NCBI RefSeq assembly: GCF_000213555.1
Contig: NZ_GL891983.1
Coordinates: 23,257-55,256 of the forward strand
Direction of reading: 5' to 3'
Length of the DNA: 32,000 nucleotides
Origin: Dysgonomonas gadei ATCC BAA-286
Lineage (GTDB): Bacteria; Bacteroidota; Bacteroidia; Bacteroidales; Dysgonomonadaceae
Part shown: positions 9,083 to 17,671 of the stretch, piece by piece
Numbering within the stretch: the stretch's first letter is position 1
Layout of the letters: every line of letters starts with the position of its first letter
Program-made: the position numbers and the translations under genes
The notes under the pieces: model-generated
Told to the model about the DNA's origin: nothing
What the model saw: only the letters and a program-made list of their open reading frames with translations
The model's database searches: none

Positions 9083-10249
9083 TTATGATTGTAATTTCTT
9101 TATTCTTTCCAGTGCCTCTTTCAGCATATGTTCGTTGCAGCATAGCGATATACGGATATATCTTTCCCCTTTGCTCCCAAATATAAAGCCGGGGGTTAGG
9201 AATACTCTGGCATCGTATAAGATTTTATCTGCCAGTTCCTCGCTGCTTTTATACTTCGCAGGTATTTTTCCCCAAAGAAACATACCTACCTGATTCTCAT
9301 CATATGTGCAGTCCAGCTCATCCATTATGGCAGCAGCATATCTACGGCGGTTTGCATATAGTTCTATATTATTTTTCCTGTGCCACTCGTCCAAATTATT
9401 CAATGCTGCAATAGTGGCCATTTGCATAGGTTTTAGAATGCCGCTTTCGATGTTGCTGAGCACTTTGAGTATCCATCCTATAAACTGCGGATTGGAAACA
9501 ACCAGACCGATACGCCATCCGGGCATATTATGCGATTTACTCATAGAATTCAACTCTATACAAATCTCTTTTGCTCCCTCCACTTGCATGATACTAAGCG
9601 GATTCTCGTTCAATATAAGGCTATACGGATTATCATGGGCGATGACAATGCCATGCTTTTTCCCAAATGCAACCAACTTTTCGAACAGGCCTAACGAACC
9701 GTTCGCTCCTGTAGGCATATTCGGATAATTAACCCACATCAGCTTTACACCGGATAAATCCATTTTTTCCAATGCTTCAAAATCGGGCTGCCAGTTGTTA
9801 TTTTCATCCAGATCGTATGTATGTATCTTCGCGCCCACCATCTTACTTACAGATGTATATGTAGGATAACCGGGGTTTGGCACCAAGACACCATCTCCAG
9901 GATTGAGAAATGCCAGAGAGATATGAAGGATTCCTTCTTTTGAGCCGATTAGCGGCTGTATCTCCTTTGCCGAATCAATCGTCACGTCATACCAACGTTT
10001 ATACCATGTAGCAAAAGCATCACGCAACTGAGGAATACCCACATGTGGCTGATAACCATGCGCGTCATTTTTCGCTGCGGATTCACTCAGAGCCCTTACT
10101 GTCTCTTCGGAAGGAGGCAGGTCGGGACTGCCAATGCCAAGACTGATCACATTCTTACCTGCGGCATTCATTTCCGCTACTTCTCTCAATTTGGTAGAGA
10201 AATAGTATTCCTGTACTGTATTCAGGCGGTCGGCGGGGATTATATTCAT
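9083..10249 (-). CDS. PLP-dependent aminotransferase class I/II (aromatic/prephenate aminotransferase candidate)
   Basis: 388-aa ORF with the fold-type I aminotransferase pattern (NP.NPTG-like YPNMPTG, and SMSKSHNMPGWR containing the PLP lysine). It sits between pheA and the DAHP synthase/chorismate mutase gene. Confidence 0.85.
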   Translation of the reverse strand: MNIIPADRLNTVQEYYFSTKLREVAEMNAAGKNVISLGIGSPDLPPSEETVRALSESAAKNDAHGYQPHVGIPQLRDAFATWYKRWYDVTIDSAKEIQPLIGSKEGILHISLAFLNPGDGVLVPNPGYPTYTSVSKMVGAKIHTYDLDENNNWQPDFEALEKMDLSGVKLMWVNYPNMPTGANGSLGLFEKLVAFGKKHGIVIAHDNPYSLILNENPLSIMQVEGAKEICIELNSMSKSHNMPGWRIGLVVSNPQFIGWILKVLSNIESGILKPMQMATIAALNNLDEWHRKNNIELYANRRRYAAAIMDELDCTYDENQVGMFLWGKIPAKYKSSEELADKILYDARVFLTPGFIFGSKGERYIRISLCCNEHMLKEALERIKKLQS

Positions 10250-10285
10250 ATTGATTTCAATATTTAAGATTCCAAAAATTCAAAA

Positions 10286-11128
10286 TTAAAGTTCGCTCTG
10301 ACGGCCTTCCGGGTATTCACCCAGTGTTTTCAGTTCACTTATCAGGGGACGGATAGCGTCCAGCGATTGGTGATAACGTTCCAAATCCGAGAATTTGAGG
10401 TCTACATAAAACTGATATTCCCACTCCCGGCCAACAATCGGCAAAGACTGTATCTTGGTCAGGCTAATACCATAGAAAGAAAATACAGATAAAACTTTCG
10501 AAAGGCTTCCTTCTGTATGCGGCAGGGTGAACACAATAGATGATTTGTTTATGACCTCATTTTGCTGAATCTCCTGTACTATCCATTTATTACCAAAAAT
10601 AAGAAAGCGAGTAAAATTGTGCTTATTCGTCTCAATTCCTCTCGCCAGTATATTCAGTCCATAAATTTCAGCTGCTCTCACACTGCATATAGCAGCCGTA
10701 GCTTGCAAACGCTTTTCGGCGACATCTTTCGCTGCCAGAGCTGTATCCTCATGTTCAATAATGCGTACCCCGGGTAATGTATCCAGAAAATTAGTACATT
10801 GCATCAGCGCGATAGGATGCGATTCCACTTCCTTTATATCATGGATGGTTTGTCCGGGAAGCGCTGCCAGGCAATGAGATATACGTTGCTTAAACTCACC
10901 TGCAATAGGAAGCTTATTTTCTTTCAGTAATTCATAATTACCCAAAAGGCTCCCGGCAATGGTATTTTCTATAGCCATAATACCAATTGTATTCGGCTCT
11001 TTTTTGATGGCAGTAAAGATATCGCGAAATGTAATGCAGGGCACTATTTCGACCTCTTCTTCAAAGAAATTTTCAGCGGCAATGCCGTGATATGCTCCCA
11101 GTCCTCCTTGTATTGCAACTCTTCTCAT
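10286..11128 (-). CDS. pheA: Prephenate dehydratase
   Basis: 280-aa ORF with the PDT domain (AIENTIAGS, ESHP.AL.QC, TRFLI) and a C-terminal ACT domain (GSL..VL..F....I.LTKI.S.P). Confidence 0.9.
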   Translation of the reverse strand: MRRVAIQGGLGAYHGIAAENFFEEEVEIVPCITFRDIFTAIKKEPNTIGIMAIENTIAGSLLGNYELLKENKLPIAGEFKQRISHCLAALPGQTIHDIKEVESHPIALMQCTNFLDTLPGVRIIEHEDTALAAKDVAEKRLQATAAICSVRAAEIYGLNILARGIETNKHNFTRFLIFGNKWIVQEIQQNEVINKSSIVFTLPHTEGSLSKVLSVFSFYGISLTKIQSLPIVGREWEYQFYVDLKFSDLERYHQSLDAIRPLISELKTLGEYPEGRQSEL

Positions 11129-11145
11129 TTATTTAGCTTATTGTC

Positions 11146-11175
11146 AAAAAAAAATCCCGTCATACCTGACAGGAT
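11146..11175 (-). terminator. Attenuator terminator immediately upstream of pheA
   Basis: The minus-strand RNA reads AUCCUGUCA-GGUA-UGACGGGAU, a 9-bp stem including one G-U pair, followed by nine U residues (plus-strand A-run 11146-11154). The last U lies 17 nt before the pheA ATG at 11128. Confidence 0.75.
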
Positions 11176-11204
11176 TCTATATATCTGATTGTTTTATTTT
11201 ATTT

Positions 11205-11288
11205 TCAATTTTCGCATACAAAATCCTGTTTCACCTTGCTAAAAAAGTAAAAGTAAAAAAAGAAAAAGTATGTAGAAAAATTCTTCAT
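11205..11288 (-). CDS. Phe/Tyr-rich leader peptide (27 aa) of the phe operon
   Basis: Hand translation of the minus strand from ATG 11288 to TGA 11207-11205 gives MKNFSTYFFFFYFYFFSKVKQDFVCEN. That is 9 Phe and 3 Tyr in 27 codons. It lies between a candidate promoter and the terminator hairpin. Confidence 0.7.
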   Translation of the reverse strand: MKNFSTYFFFFYFYFFSKVKQDFVCEN

Positions 11289-11316
11289 TTCAATAACCTT
11301 GTTATGATTATGGATA

Positions 11317-11346
11317 CAAAAGTAATACTTTTTTGAATAAAACAAA
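11317..11346 (-). promoter_or_regulatory. Candidate promoter of the phe leader/operon
   Basis: The minus strand shows TACTTTTG (11324-11317), which matches TAnnTTTG. A TTTG (11346-11343) lies 18 nt upstream. The -7 box ends 28 nt before the leader ATG. Confidence 0.4.
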
Positions 11347-11402
11347 CATTTTGTCTTTTTTATTTCAAAAATTTTAAAATAAGTAAATCCCCGTATCCTC
11401 CG

Positions 11403-11858
11403 CTATTTCCATTTAGGATCGTAAAGAACCCGCTCCCCATCGGCAGAACTATACTGATTCAGTGAATCTTCCTTCGACTGAATAACCATATAAATCATTG
11501 TTTCATCAGAAGAATTACGCAGGCACCTCTTGCCTGCCGGTGACACTCTCACCACACTGCCTTCCATTATGGGAAAGCAATCCTCATCTACCTGAAAATC
11601 GCCAAAGCCCTTTAATACGATATAGGTCTCTTCATTTTGTTTATGGATATGAAAATAGGAAAGATCTGTTTTTGGGGGTAGCATCTGAAATGAGATTTCG
11701 GTACCCGTCGCATCTGTGGCTTCTTTCAGGAAAACTTTGCCTGTTATCTCCTGTTTATTCTTGGGGTGGATAAGAGAATATTCATTCAGGTCTTCCAAAC
11801 GGCCGATATTAATTGCCGTGTAATTTTCATTTTCTGATATTCGCTTTATTTCTTTCAT
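11403..11858 (-). CDS. Cupin domain-containing protein
   Basis: 151-aa ORF with a cupin-like pattern (F.HIH..NEE.Y.VL.G.G...VD...........VRV.P). Specific function is unknown. Confidence 0.65.
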   Translation of the reverse strand: MKEIKRISENENYTAINIGRLEDLNEYSLIHPKNKQEITGKVFLKEATDATGTEISFQMLPPKTDLSYFHIHKQNEETYIVLKGFGDFQVDEDCFPIMEGSVVRVSPAGKRCLRNSSDETMIYMVIQSKEDSLNQYSSADGERVLYDPKWK

Positions 11859-12203
11859 ATAATCTATTTTTATTTCTACATATCAGGATGATTAAAAGTC
11901 CCGTACAGTTATTTTCTGAAATATTATTTATCTATAAAGTAAACGAAGATATGATTTTTAAAGAATCATTAATTTATAATGTGATATATTTTTCAAAAAA
12001 AGATATTGTAATTTTTCGACAAGAATATAAATAACAAAAATATTTACAGGACATTATATGGACAAGAAAAGTATCTATACCATATTGTATTCTATATATT
12101 TGATTAAACTGGCAGACCGATCAGGCAATTAGTTATTTGGAAATTAATTAATTACATTTAAACCATCATCTTAATTTAACTAACGATTTAAATCTGATAT
12201 TCT

Positions 12204-13526
12204 ATGTCCGGAATAAAATTTCTATTGACTATTTTTTGTTGTATATCCTTATCGGGGATCAGTATTGCACAATCAGGCACAATCACTGCCGGATTATCGA
12301 AAGTAAACATTACATCACCCCATGAAATACCACTGCACGACTCATTGTATGCCCGTGTACTGGTGTTACAGGATGGGAATAAACGAATAGCCTTTATAGC
12401 TGTTGATCAGGGAATCTACACAAGTGACCGGATAGCCAAAATAGGTAAAGAACAGTTTGGCTTAGATGTATTATTTTTATCTTCATCACATACCCATTCT
12501 TCCGGGAAAAGCGACGAAACTCTTGTCATAAGCCAATTAACCAAAGCATTGAAAAAAGCTACAGACAATATGTTTCCGGCAAAACTGGCTGCCGGTCACC
12601 GAAAATTCCCTCAACTGGGGTTCAACCGATTGATAGTAAGGGAAGATGGACATTCGCGGGAATCATGGTTTTCGGACGATCATTATACTTCTGAAAATCC
12701 GGAACGTATTCCTTTTGGCCCTGTCGATCCTGAAGTGGGAGTTATAAAGGTGGAAGATATGCAGGGAAATACAAAGGGAATTGTAATGAATTATGCCTGT
12801 CATGCCGATATAGTATGCAGCAATTATGAGATTTCAGCTGATTTTCCGGGTGTTGCCTGTAAAAAAGTCGAGGAAGCTTTTGAAAATAACGCGGTTTGCC
12901 TGTTTGTACAGGGTGGCGCCGGAAATATAGAATCATTGATTATCAGTTCGAGGAGAAGTGGTCCGGACGATTCATTTAAGACAGACTACAGAACCATAGA
13001 ACGGGTTGGAAGCCTGCTTGCATATGAGGCTATAAAACTAACCGGATCACTGACTCCCTCGCCAATCAAACAGGCCGGCATAAGATATATGAACGATTCA
13101 CTGCAATTTACAGGAAGATTCATGACCGATGCTCTTTTTGATGTTCATATCTCAACAATCCTGCTCAATGACAATATAGCTATTTCTACTTGTCCGGGCG
13201 AACCGTTTGTACAACTTCAGTTGGAATGGAAACAAAAGATGCGGGATGCAGGAAGTATTCCATTCCTCTTTGGTTACACATGGTATAAAGGTACATGGCC
13301 AAACTATATACCTGATATTAAATCAGCGGCGCAAGGTGGATACGGAGCAGATCAGGATGGCCCTACGCTTATAGCAGTGGGTTCGGGAGAAGCGATAATG
13401 AATAAACATTTCGAGAACTTTTTCCGTCTGAACGGACTAATGCGCAAAGAAAGCGGCCCGGTCGGATTTAAAGGGGGATCACAATGGCAGACTATAGAAA
13501 TCACACCAGAATCGAAAAATAAATAA
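12204..13526 (+). CDS. Secreted neutral/alkaline ceramidase N-terminal-domain-like hydrolase
   Basis: 440-aa ORF with a signal peptide (LSGISIAQS). The N-terminal pattern A.LSKVNIT.P...PLHD.LYARVLVL.DG.KR.AF..VDQ and an SSSHTHSS motif resemble the neutral ceramidase family (compare HTHSGPGG). The assignment is by motif memory only. Confidence 0.55.
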   Translation: MSGIKFLLTIFCCISLSGISIAQSGTITAGLSKVNITSPHEIPLHDSLYARVLVLQDGNKRIAFIAVDQGIYTSDRIAKIGKEQFGLDVLFLSSSHTHSSGKSDETLVISQLTKALKKATDNMFPAKLAAGHRKFPQLGFNRLIVREDGHSRESWFSDDHYTSENPERIPFGPVDPEVGVIKVEDMQGNTKGIVMNYACHADIVCSNYEISADFPGVACKKVEEAFENNAVCLFVQGGAGNIESLIISSRRSGPDDSFKTDYRTIERVGSLLAYEAIKLTGSLTPSPIKQAGIRYMNDSLQFTGRFMTDALFDVHISTILLNDNIAISTCPGEPFVQLQLEWKQKMRDAGSIPFLFGYTWYKGTWPNYIPDIKSAAQGGYGADQDGPTLIAVGSGEAIMNKHFENFFRLNGLMRKESGPVGFKGGSQWQTIEITPESKNK

Positions 13527-13534
13527 ATACAGAT

Positions 13535-14779
13535 ATGAAACTGCTTATAACATTCATTGTAAGTTCCATTATATTCAGCTTCTCTTCCTGTGAAACCAAG
13601 GATAATAAAAAATCTTATCATTTTGATAAAAACGGCATACAGGAAGATGTTCTGAGTAATTATCTTGACAGATCAATTACAATGGTATACTTTCTTATGC
13701 CCGATAAACCAGAGGGCAAACGCACATACCCTTATCATCAGGATGATATACGGATGGTAAAAAACATTGGGGCTAAATTTATAGGACGTTCCATCTACCG
13801 ATGGGGCGGTGAAAGCCTTTTAAATTCGCCGGAGTTTTGGACGAGGGCCAAAGCCATTGTTACTGAGATGCACGCATTTGATCCCGAAATGATTTTTCAG
13901 GCTTGTATATTTGAGATTATCACGCAGGATGTTAACAATGTGAAGATACCGACATGGGTATTCAAAGATTTTAATCTTCCGGTCGAAGATCGCTTTTTCT
14001 CGTATGACAACATGTTGAATAGTGAAGGGAAACTCGTTAATCACTGGCATGAAGGCAGTAGTGTACCCGATATAAGCAAACAGGAAACTCAGTTATGGTT
14101 CTACTTTCTGGCAGGTTCATATATCAACCTTGGTTGTGAAGCGTTCCATATCGGACAGGTCGAACTTATAGGAATGAATGATCCCGAGAGAGAAGCCTGG
14201 GAAAGTATTCTGAAAAAAATACGGAATTATGCACAACGACATGCTCGCCGCAACTGGGTACTGATAGATGCACATGTACCCAAAGGCGATATGATAAAAG
14301 ACGGGGTAAGTTTATTGGATTTCAATTCGTTTCCATTACGGATTAAAGAAATACCGGAAAAACCGTATGAGGGTATATTGGAAGAAAATTATCTGGATGC
14401 CATATACAACAAAAGTAAAGGTTGCATCACTCCAAGCGGATGGAAATGCGATAACCTCCCGTATCTGGTAGAATTCGATAATTTCGGGCGGGGAGAAAAG
14501 CCCAATGTGGCAAATCTGGAAAGTCATTTTGTATGGGGGTGGGATGAGATATCTTGGTTTTCACTCCAGCCGGAAGCATATAGAAATGAGTGGCTCCGTT
14601 ATGCCTACAAATGGATAAAGAAAAATGATCCTGACGGTCATCTAGAAATGCCGGGCTTCCGTATGATCACCTGCCCTAATGAATCGGAAGGAAGCTATAG
14701 AGCCAATACCAAAAGTGATGATTGCCCACTCGGATATTCACAGGAAGAAGTCATTAAGGAATTATGGAATGGTAAATAA
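13535..14779 (+). CDS. Hypothetical lipoprotein, possibly a glycoside-hydrolase-like TIM barrel
   Basis: 414-aa ORF. It has a lipoprotein-type signal with Cys19 (IIFSFSSC) and starts 8 nt after the preceding gene. Strand-end acidic residues (ACIFE, HIGQVE) suggest a (beta/alpha)8 hydrolase, but I do not recognise a family. Confidence 0.55.
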   Translation: MKLLITFIVSSIIFSFSSCETKDNKKSYHFDKNGIQEDVLSNYLDRSITMVYFLMPDKPEGKRTYPYHQDDIRMVKNIGAKFIGRSIYRWGGESLLNSPEFWTRAKAIVTEMHAFDPEMIFQACIFEIITQDVNNVKIPTWVFKDFNLPVEDRFFSYDNMLNSEGKLVNHWHEGSSVPDISKQETQLWFYFLAGSYINLGCEAFHIGQVELIGMNDPEREAWESILKKIRNYAQRHARRNWVLIDAHVPKGDMIKDGVSLLDFNSFPLRIKEIPEKPYEGILEENYLDAIYNKSKGCITPSGWKCDNLPYLVEFDNFGRGEKPNVANLESHFVWGWDEISWFSLQPEAYRNEWLRYAYKWIKKNDPDGHLEMPGFRMITCPNESEGSYRANTKSDDCPLGYSQEEVIKELWNGK

Positions 14780-14785
14780 AAAGAG

Positions 14786-15535
14786 CTACTCACTGATAAT
14801 AACCTTTTTATTTAAAAGCTTTTCGAATTCCTCACGGCTTCCATTGAAGGCATTCAGGTCGACCGGAGTATCTACGCCTTCTATCCGACCCCGGTTCGAG
14901 AATTGCCAGAATAGCCAGTCACGGCCATCGGGTAAATTGGGTTTTGCGATAATATCACGTATCCAGATAGGATTATCCGGGAATTGGTGTTGCAAGTAAT
15001 TTTTATAGAATTCATTTGTAGTATAAATAATCACCTTGCGCTGATAGTGATCTTCTATAATTTCAAAGTAATTGGCTATTTCAGCGATCAGATCCTCCTT
15101 CCGGTTTGCGGGGCTACAGTTTCCTCCATACTCCAGGTCGACAATAGGTGGTAAATCTATACTATCACGAGGAACGTAGTGTATATAATTCCGGGCTTGC
15201 TCCTCTCCGTCTTTACAAAAAGTAAAGAAGTGATAGGCTCCCGACAGTATCTTATTCTGACGGGCTTCGCGCCAGTTAAGCTGAAACATGGAATCTTTAT
15301 GATTACCTCCTTCTGTAGCTTTGATAAAGGCAAACTGAACCTTTTCCTTATCCAGCCTGGCCCAGTCTATCTCTTGCTGATGGTGAGAAACATCGATCCC
15401 TTGTACAGGGTAATCTTTGAAAGACGGATAATTCAAGCGGATATATCCATTCATAAAAGCCACGTATACCCCGGCACAGATAAAAACAATCATGGCCAAT
15501 ACAATAAGGGAATACAGGGCAACTTTTACTTTCAT
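14786..15535 (-). CDS. Glycoside hydrolase family 25 muramidase (lysozyme), membrane anchored
   Basis: 249-aa ORF with an N-terminal TM segment (LYSLIVLAMIVFICAGVYVAF). The GH25 signature is present: GIDVSHHQ..IDW......V.FAFIKATEG....D..F..NW........GAYHFF. Confidence 0.85.
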   Translation of the reverse strand: MKVKVALYSLIVLAMIVFICAGVYVAFMNGYIRLNYPSFKDYPVQGIDVSHHQQEIDWARLDKEKVQFAFIKATEGGNHKDSMFQLNWREARQNKILSGAYHFFTFCKDGEEQARNYIHYVPRDSIDLPPIVDLEYGGNCSPANRKEDLIAEIANYFEIIEDHYQRKVIIYTTNEFYKNYLQHQFPDNPIWIRDIIAKPNLPDGRDWLFWQFSNRGRIEGVDTPVDLNAFNGSREEFEKLLNKKVIISE

Positions 15536-15581
15536 TGATACTTATTTAAACCGAATAACGAAGTTAGGATTAATTTTTCTT

Positions 15582-15610
15582 TTTGCATGTTATATTTTTA
15601 TATATATTTG
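15582..15610 (+). promoter_or_regulatory. Candidate promoter of the CD225/DUF2752 pair
   Basis: TATATTTG at 15603-15610 matches TAnnTTTG. A TTTG at 15582-15585 lies 17 nt upstream. The ATG at 15651 is 40 nt downstream. Confidence 0.4.
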
Positions 15611-15650
15611 AACAGTATTAACAAACTTTTTTAATAATAATATCATAACC

Positions 15651-16046
15651 ATGACAGAATTTAGCAACCAAGGTTATCAAGAACCTGCTCAACAAGCTAA
15701 CGGTTGGGAAAACCCGACTAAACCACCAAGACCAAATAATAATTTGATTTTAGCTATCATAGCTACAGTTGTAAGTTTGATAACCTGCTGCGGATATGTC
15801 AGTTGTATCGGTTTTATCCTTGGTATTATCGCCATAGTATTCTCCACTCAGGTAGATTCCAAATATTTCGCCGGAGATTATGCCGGAGCAGAGAGCGCGG
15901 CTAAGAATGCTAAATTATTGTCGTTAATAGCCATAGGTACAGTTGTTCTGTCAATTGTTTGGATTATTGTTTCTATCATATTGGCAGGTGGTATTTCCGC
16001 TATCATGGAGCAATACCAGACTATTATGGATCAGTACGGGGCTTAA
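15651..16046 (+). CDS. CD225/dispanin (IFITM-like) family membrane protein
   Basis: 131-aa ORF. It has a Pro/Gln-rich N-terminus, then NNLILAIIATVVSLITCCG....GIIAIVFSTQVDSKYFAGDYAGAESAAKNAK and a second TM segment. This is the characteristic CD225 layout. Confidence 0.75.
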   Translation: MTEFSNQGYQEPAQQANGWENPTKPPRPNNNLILAIIATVVSLITCCGYVSCIGFILGIIAIVFSTQVDSKYFAGDYAGAESAAKNAKLLSLIAIGTVVLSIVWIIVSIILAGGISAIMEQYQTIMDQYGA

Positions 16047-16073
16047 TAGCTACTAAATAAACATTATAATACA

Positions 16074-16109
16074 GAAAGGTAATTTCAATGGAATTACCTT
16101 TCCTTTTTT
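16074..16109 (+). terminator. Intrinsic terminator between the CD225 gene and the DUF2752 gene
   Basis: Perfect 11-bp stem gaaaggtaatt/aattacctttc (16074-16084 and 16092-16102) with a 7-nt loop, followed by a T6 run (16104-16109). The T-run abuts the ATG at 16110. Confidence 0.75.
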
Positions 16110-16517
16110 ATGAAAAAGTATATACTCCTTATATCAGCCATTTTATTCCCAATCGTTATTATAGTCGTTTATTATGCGATCTATAATATAGCGGGGGAAA
16201 ATACCCCCTGTACATTCAAAGCAGCCACCGGACTGGAATGTCCCGGATGCGGCGGACAACGGGCTTTGCATTTCCTGCTGCATGGCAATATATTGGAGGC
16301 TTTGCGCTATAATATTTTCTTTATCGTAGCAGGGCCATTTCTGGCTTACTTCTACTATCTGGCTGTAAGGGTTTATATACTCGGACAGGAAAAGTATCTG
16401 AAAAGCTTTGTATTCAAACCCTGGTTCGGATACACACTTTTGATTACAGTTATCCTGTTTTTCGTCCTGAGAAATATCCCTTTCTGGCCATTTATGTATC
16501 TGGCTCCTCCCCCATAA
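16110..16517 (+). CDS. DUF2752 domain-containing membrane protein
   Basis: 135-aa ORF with the CPGCGGQRALHFLLHGN..EAL.YN motif typical of DUF2752, followed by TM segments. Confidence 0.8.
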   Translation: MKKYILLISAILFPIVIIVVYYAIYNIAGENTPCTFKAATGLECPGCGGQRALHFLLHGNILEALRYNIFFIVAGPFLAYFYYLAVRVYILGQEKYLKSFVFKPWFGYTLLITVILFFVLRNIPFWPFMYLAPPP

Positions 16518-16541
16518 AAAAAGTGGCACCAGGCCACTTTT
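16516..16541. terminator. Bidirectional intrinsic terminator between convergent DUF2752 and argD
   Basis: 9-bp stem aaaagtggc/gccactttt (16519-16527 and 16533-16541) with the loop accag. An A-run lies on one side and a T-run on the other, so it can terminate both convergent transcripts. Confidence 0.75.
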
Positions 16542-16548
16542 ATATATT

Positions 16549-17670
16549 TCAGAGCACTTTTTTAAACCTTTCGAGAAATTCTTTTGCCTGCTCTATTGTA
16601 AGACAGAGCGGTGGCAGTAAACGAAATACGTGCGTACCTGTAGCTCCGGTAAAAACTTTTTCTTCAAATAAAAGCTTCGTCCGTTTTTCTTTTATAGGTT
16701 CTTCAAACTCCATACCTATCATAAGCCCGCGTCCGCGTACTTCTTTTATCTGAGGGAATTTCCTTAATTCCTCCATCAGGAATTCGCCGACATTATATGC
16801 GTTCTCTATAAGCTTCTCATCCTTCATTATATCAAGTACAGCAATAGCTGCCGCACAAGCCAGATGATTACCCCCGAATGTGGTTCCCAATTGTCCGTAT
16901 ACAGCTTTAAACATCGGATTAATCAGTACTCCCGACATCGGGAAACCGTTACCAATACCTTTGGCTACTGTTATCAGATCGGCTTGTATTTCCGCATACT
17001 GATGGGCGAAAAATTTACCGCTGCGGCCATAACCCGATTGTATTTCGTCCAGAATCAGGATAGTTCCTGTTTCGGTACAAACGTCGCGAAGCTCTTTCAG
17101 AAAATCATCGTATGGTATCTGGATACCTGCAACGCCCTGAATACCTTCTATAATAACAGAGCAGTATTCTTTTGTGGCCAACTCCTTTTTTACAAATTCA
17201 ATATCATTAAACGGAGCGAACACTACATTCTCCGACTGATTTACAGGCGCTGAATACGCAGGGATATCCGTTGTGGCAACGGTAACCGAAGTACGTCCGT
17301 GAAACGCTTTCTTAAACGAGAGAACTTTCTTGCGTCCATTATGGAATGAAGCCAGTTTTATAGCATTCTCGTTTGCTTCTGCACCTGAGTTTACAAGGAA
17401 CAGGAAATAGTCGGGGTAACCGCATTGTTCTCCCATCTTTTGCGCCAGCTCCTGTTGCAGCTTATTCACTACAGAATTGGAATAGAACCCGAGTTTATTC
17501 AACTGCTCTGTAAGTTTGGCCACATAGTAAGGATGTGTATGCCCCACCGATATTACAGCATGGCCTCCGTAAAGGTCCAAATATTCATTACCCTTATCGT
17601 CATACACATAACATCCTTTACCTTCCACAACATTGATGTCGAACAGCGGAAATACATCGAATAGTTTCAT
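16549..17670 (-). CDS. argD: Acetyl(succinyl)ornithine aminotransferase (class III PLP aminotransferase)
   Basis: 373-aa ORF with class III aminotransferase motifs (GGHAV...GH.HP, SGAEANE.A.K.A, DEIQ.G.GR.GK.FA, and the PLP lysine in ITVAKG). It is the last gene of the arg operon. Confidence 0.9.
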   Translation of the reverse strand: MKLFDVFPLFDINVVEGKGCYVYDDKGNEYLDLYGGHAVISVGHTHPYYVAKLTEQLNKLGFYSNSVVNKLQQELAQKMGEQCGYPDYFLFLVNSGAEANENAIKLASFHNGRKKVLSFKKAFHGRTSVTVATTDIPAYSAPVNQSENVVFAPFNDIEFVKKELATKEYCSVIIEGIQGVAGIQIPYDDFLKELRDVCTETGTILILDEIQSGYGRSGKFFAHQYAEIQADLITVAKGIGNGFPMSGVLINPMFKAVYGQLGTTFGGNHLACAAAIAVLDIMKDEKLIENAYNVGEFLMEELRKFPQIKEVRGRGLMIGMEFEEPIKEKRTKLLFEEKVFTGATGTHVFRLLPPLCLTIEQAKEFLERFKKVL

Positions 17671-17671
17671 T

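Noticed and set aside
14786-15535. GH25 muramidase as a prophage endolysin marker
   Set aside because: There are no holin, portal, terminase, tail or integrase genes nearby. Membrane-anchored GH25 enzymes are common chromosomal genes in Bacteroidota.
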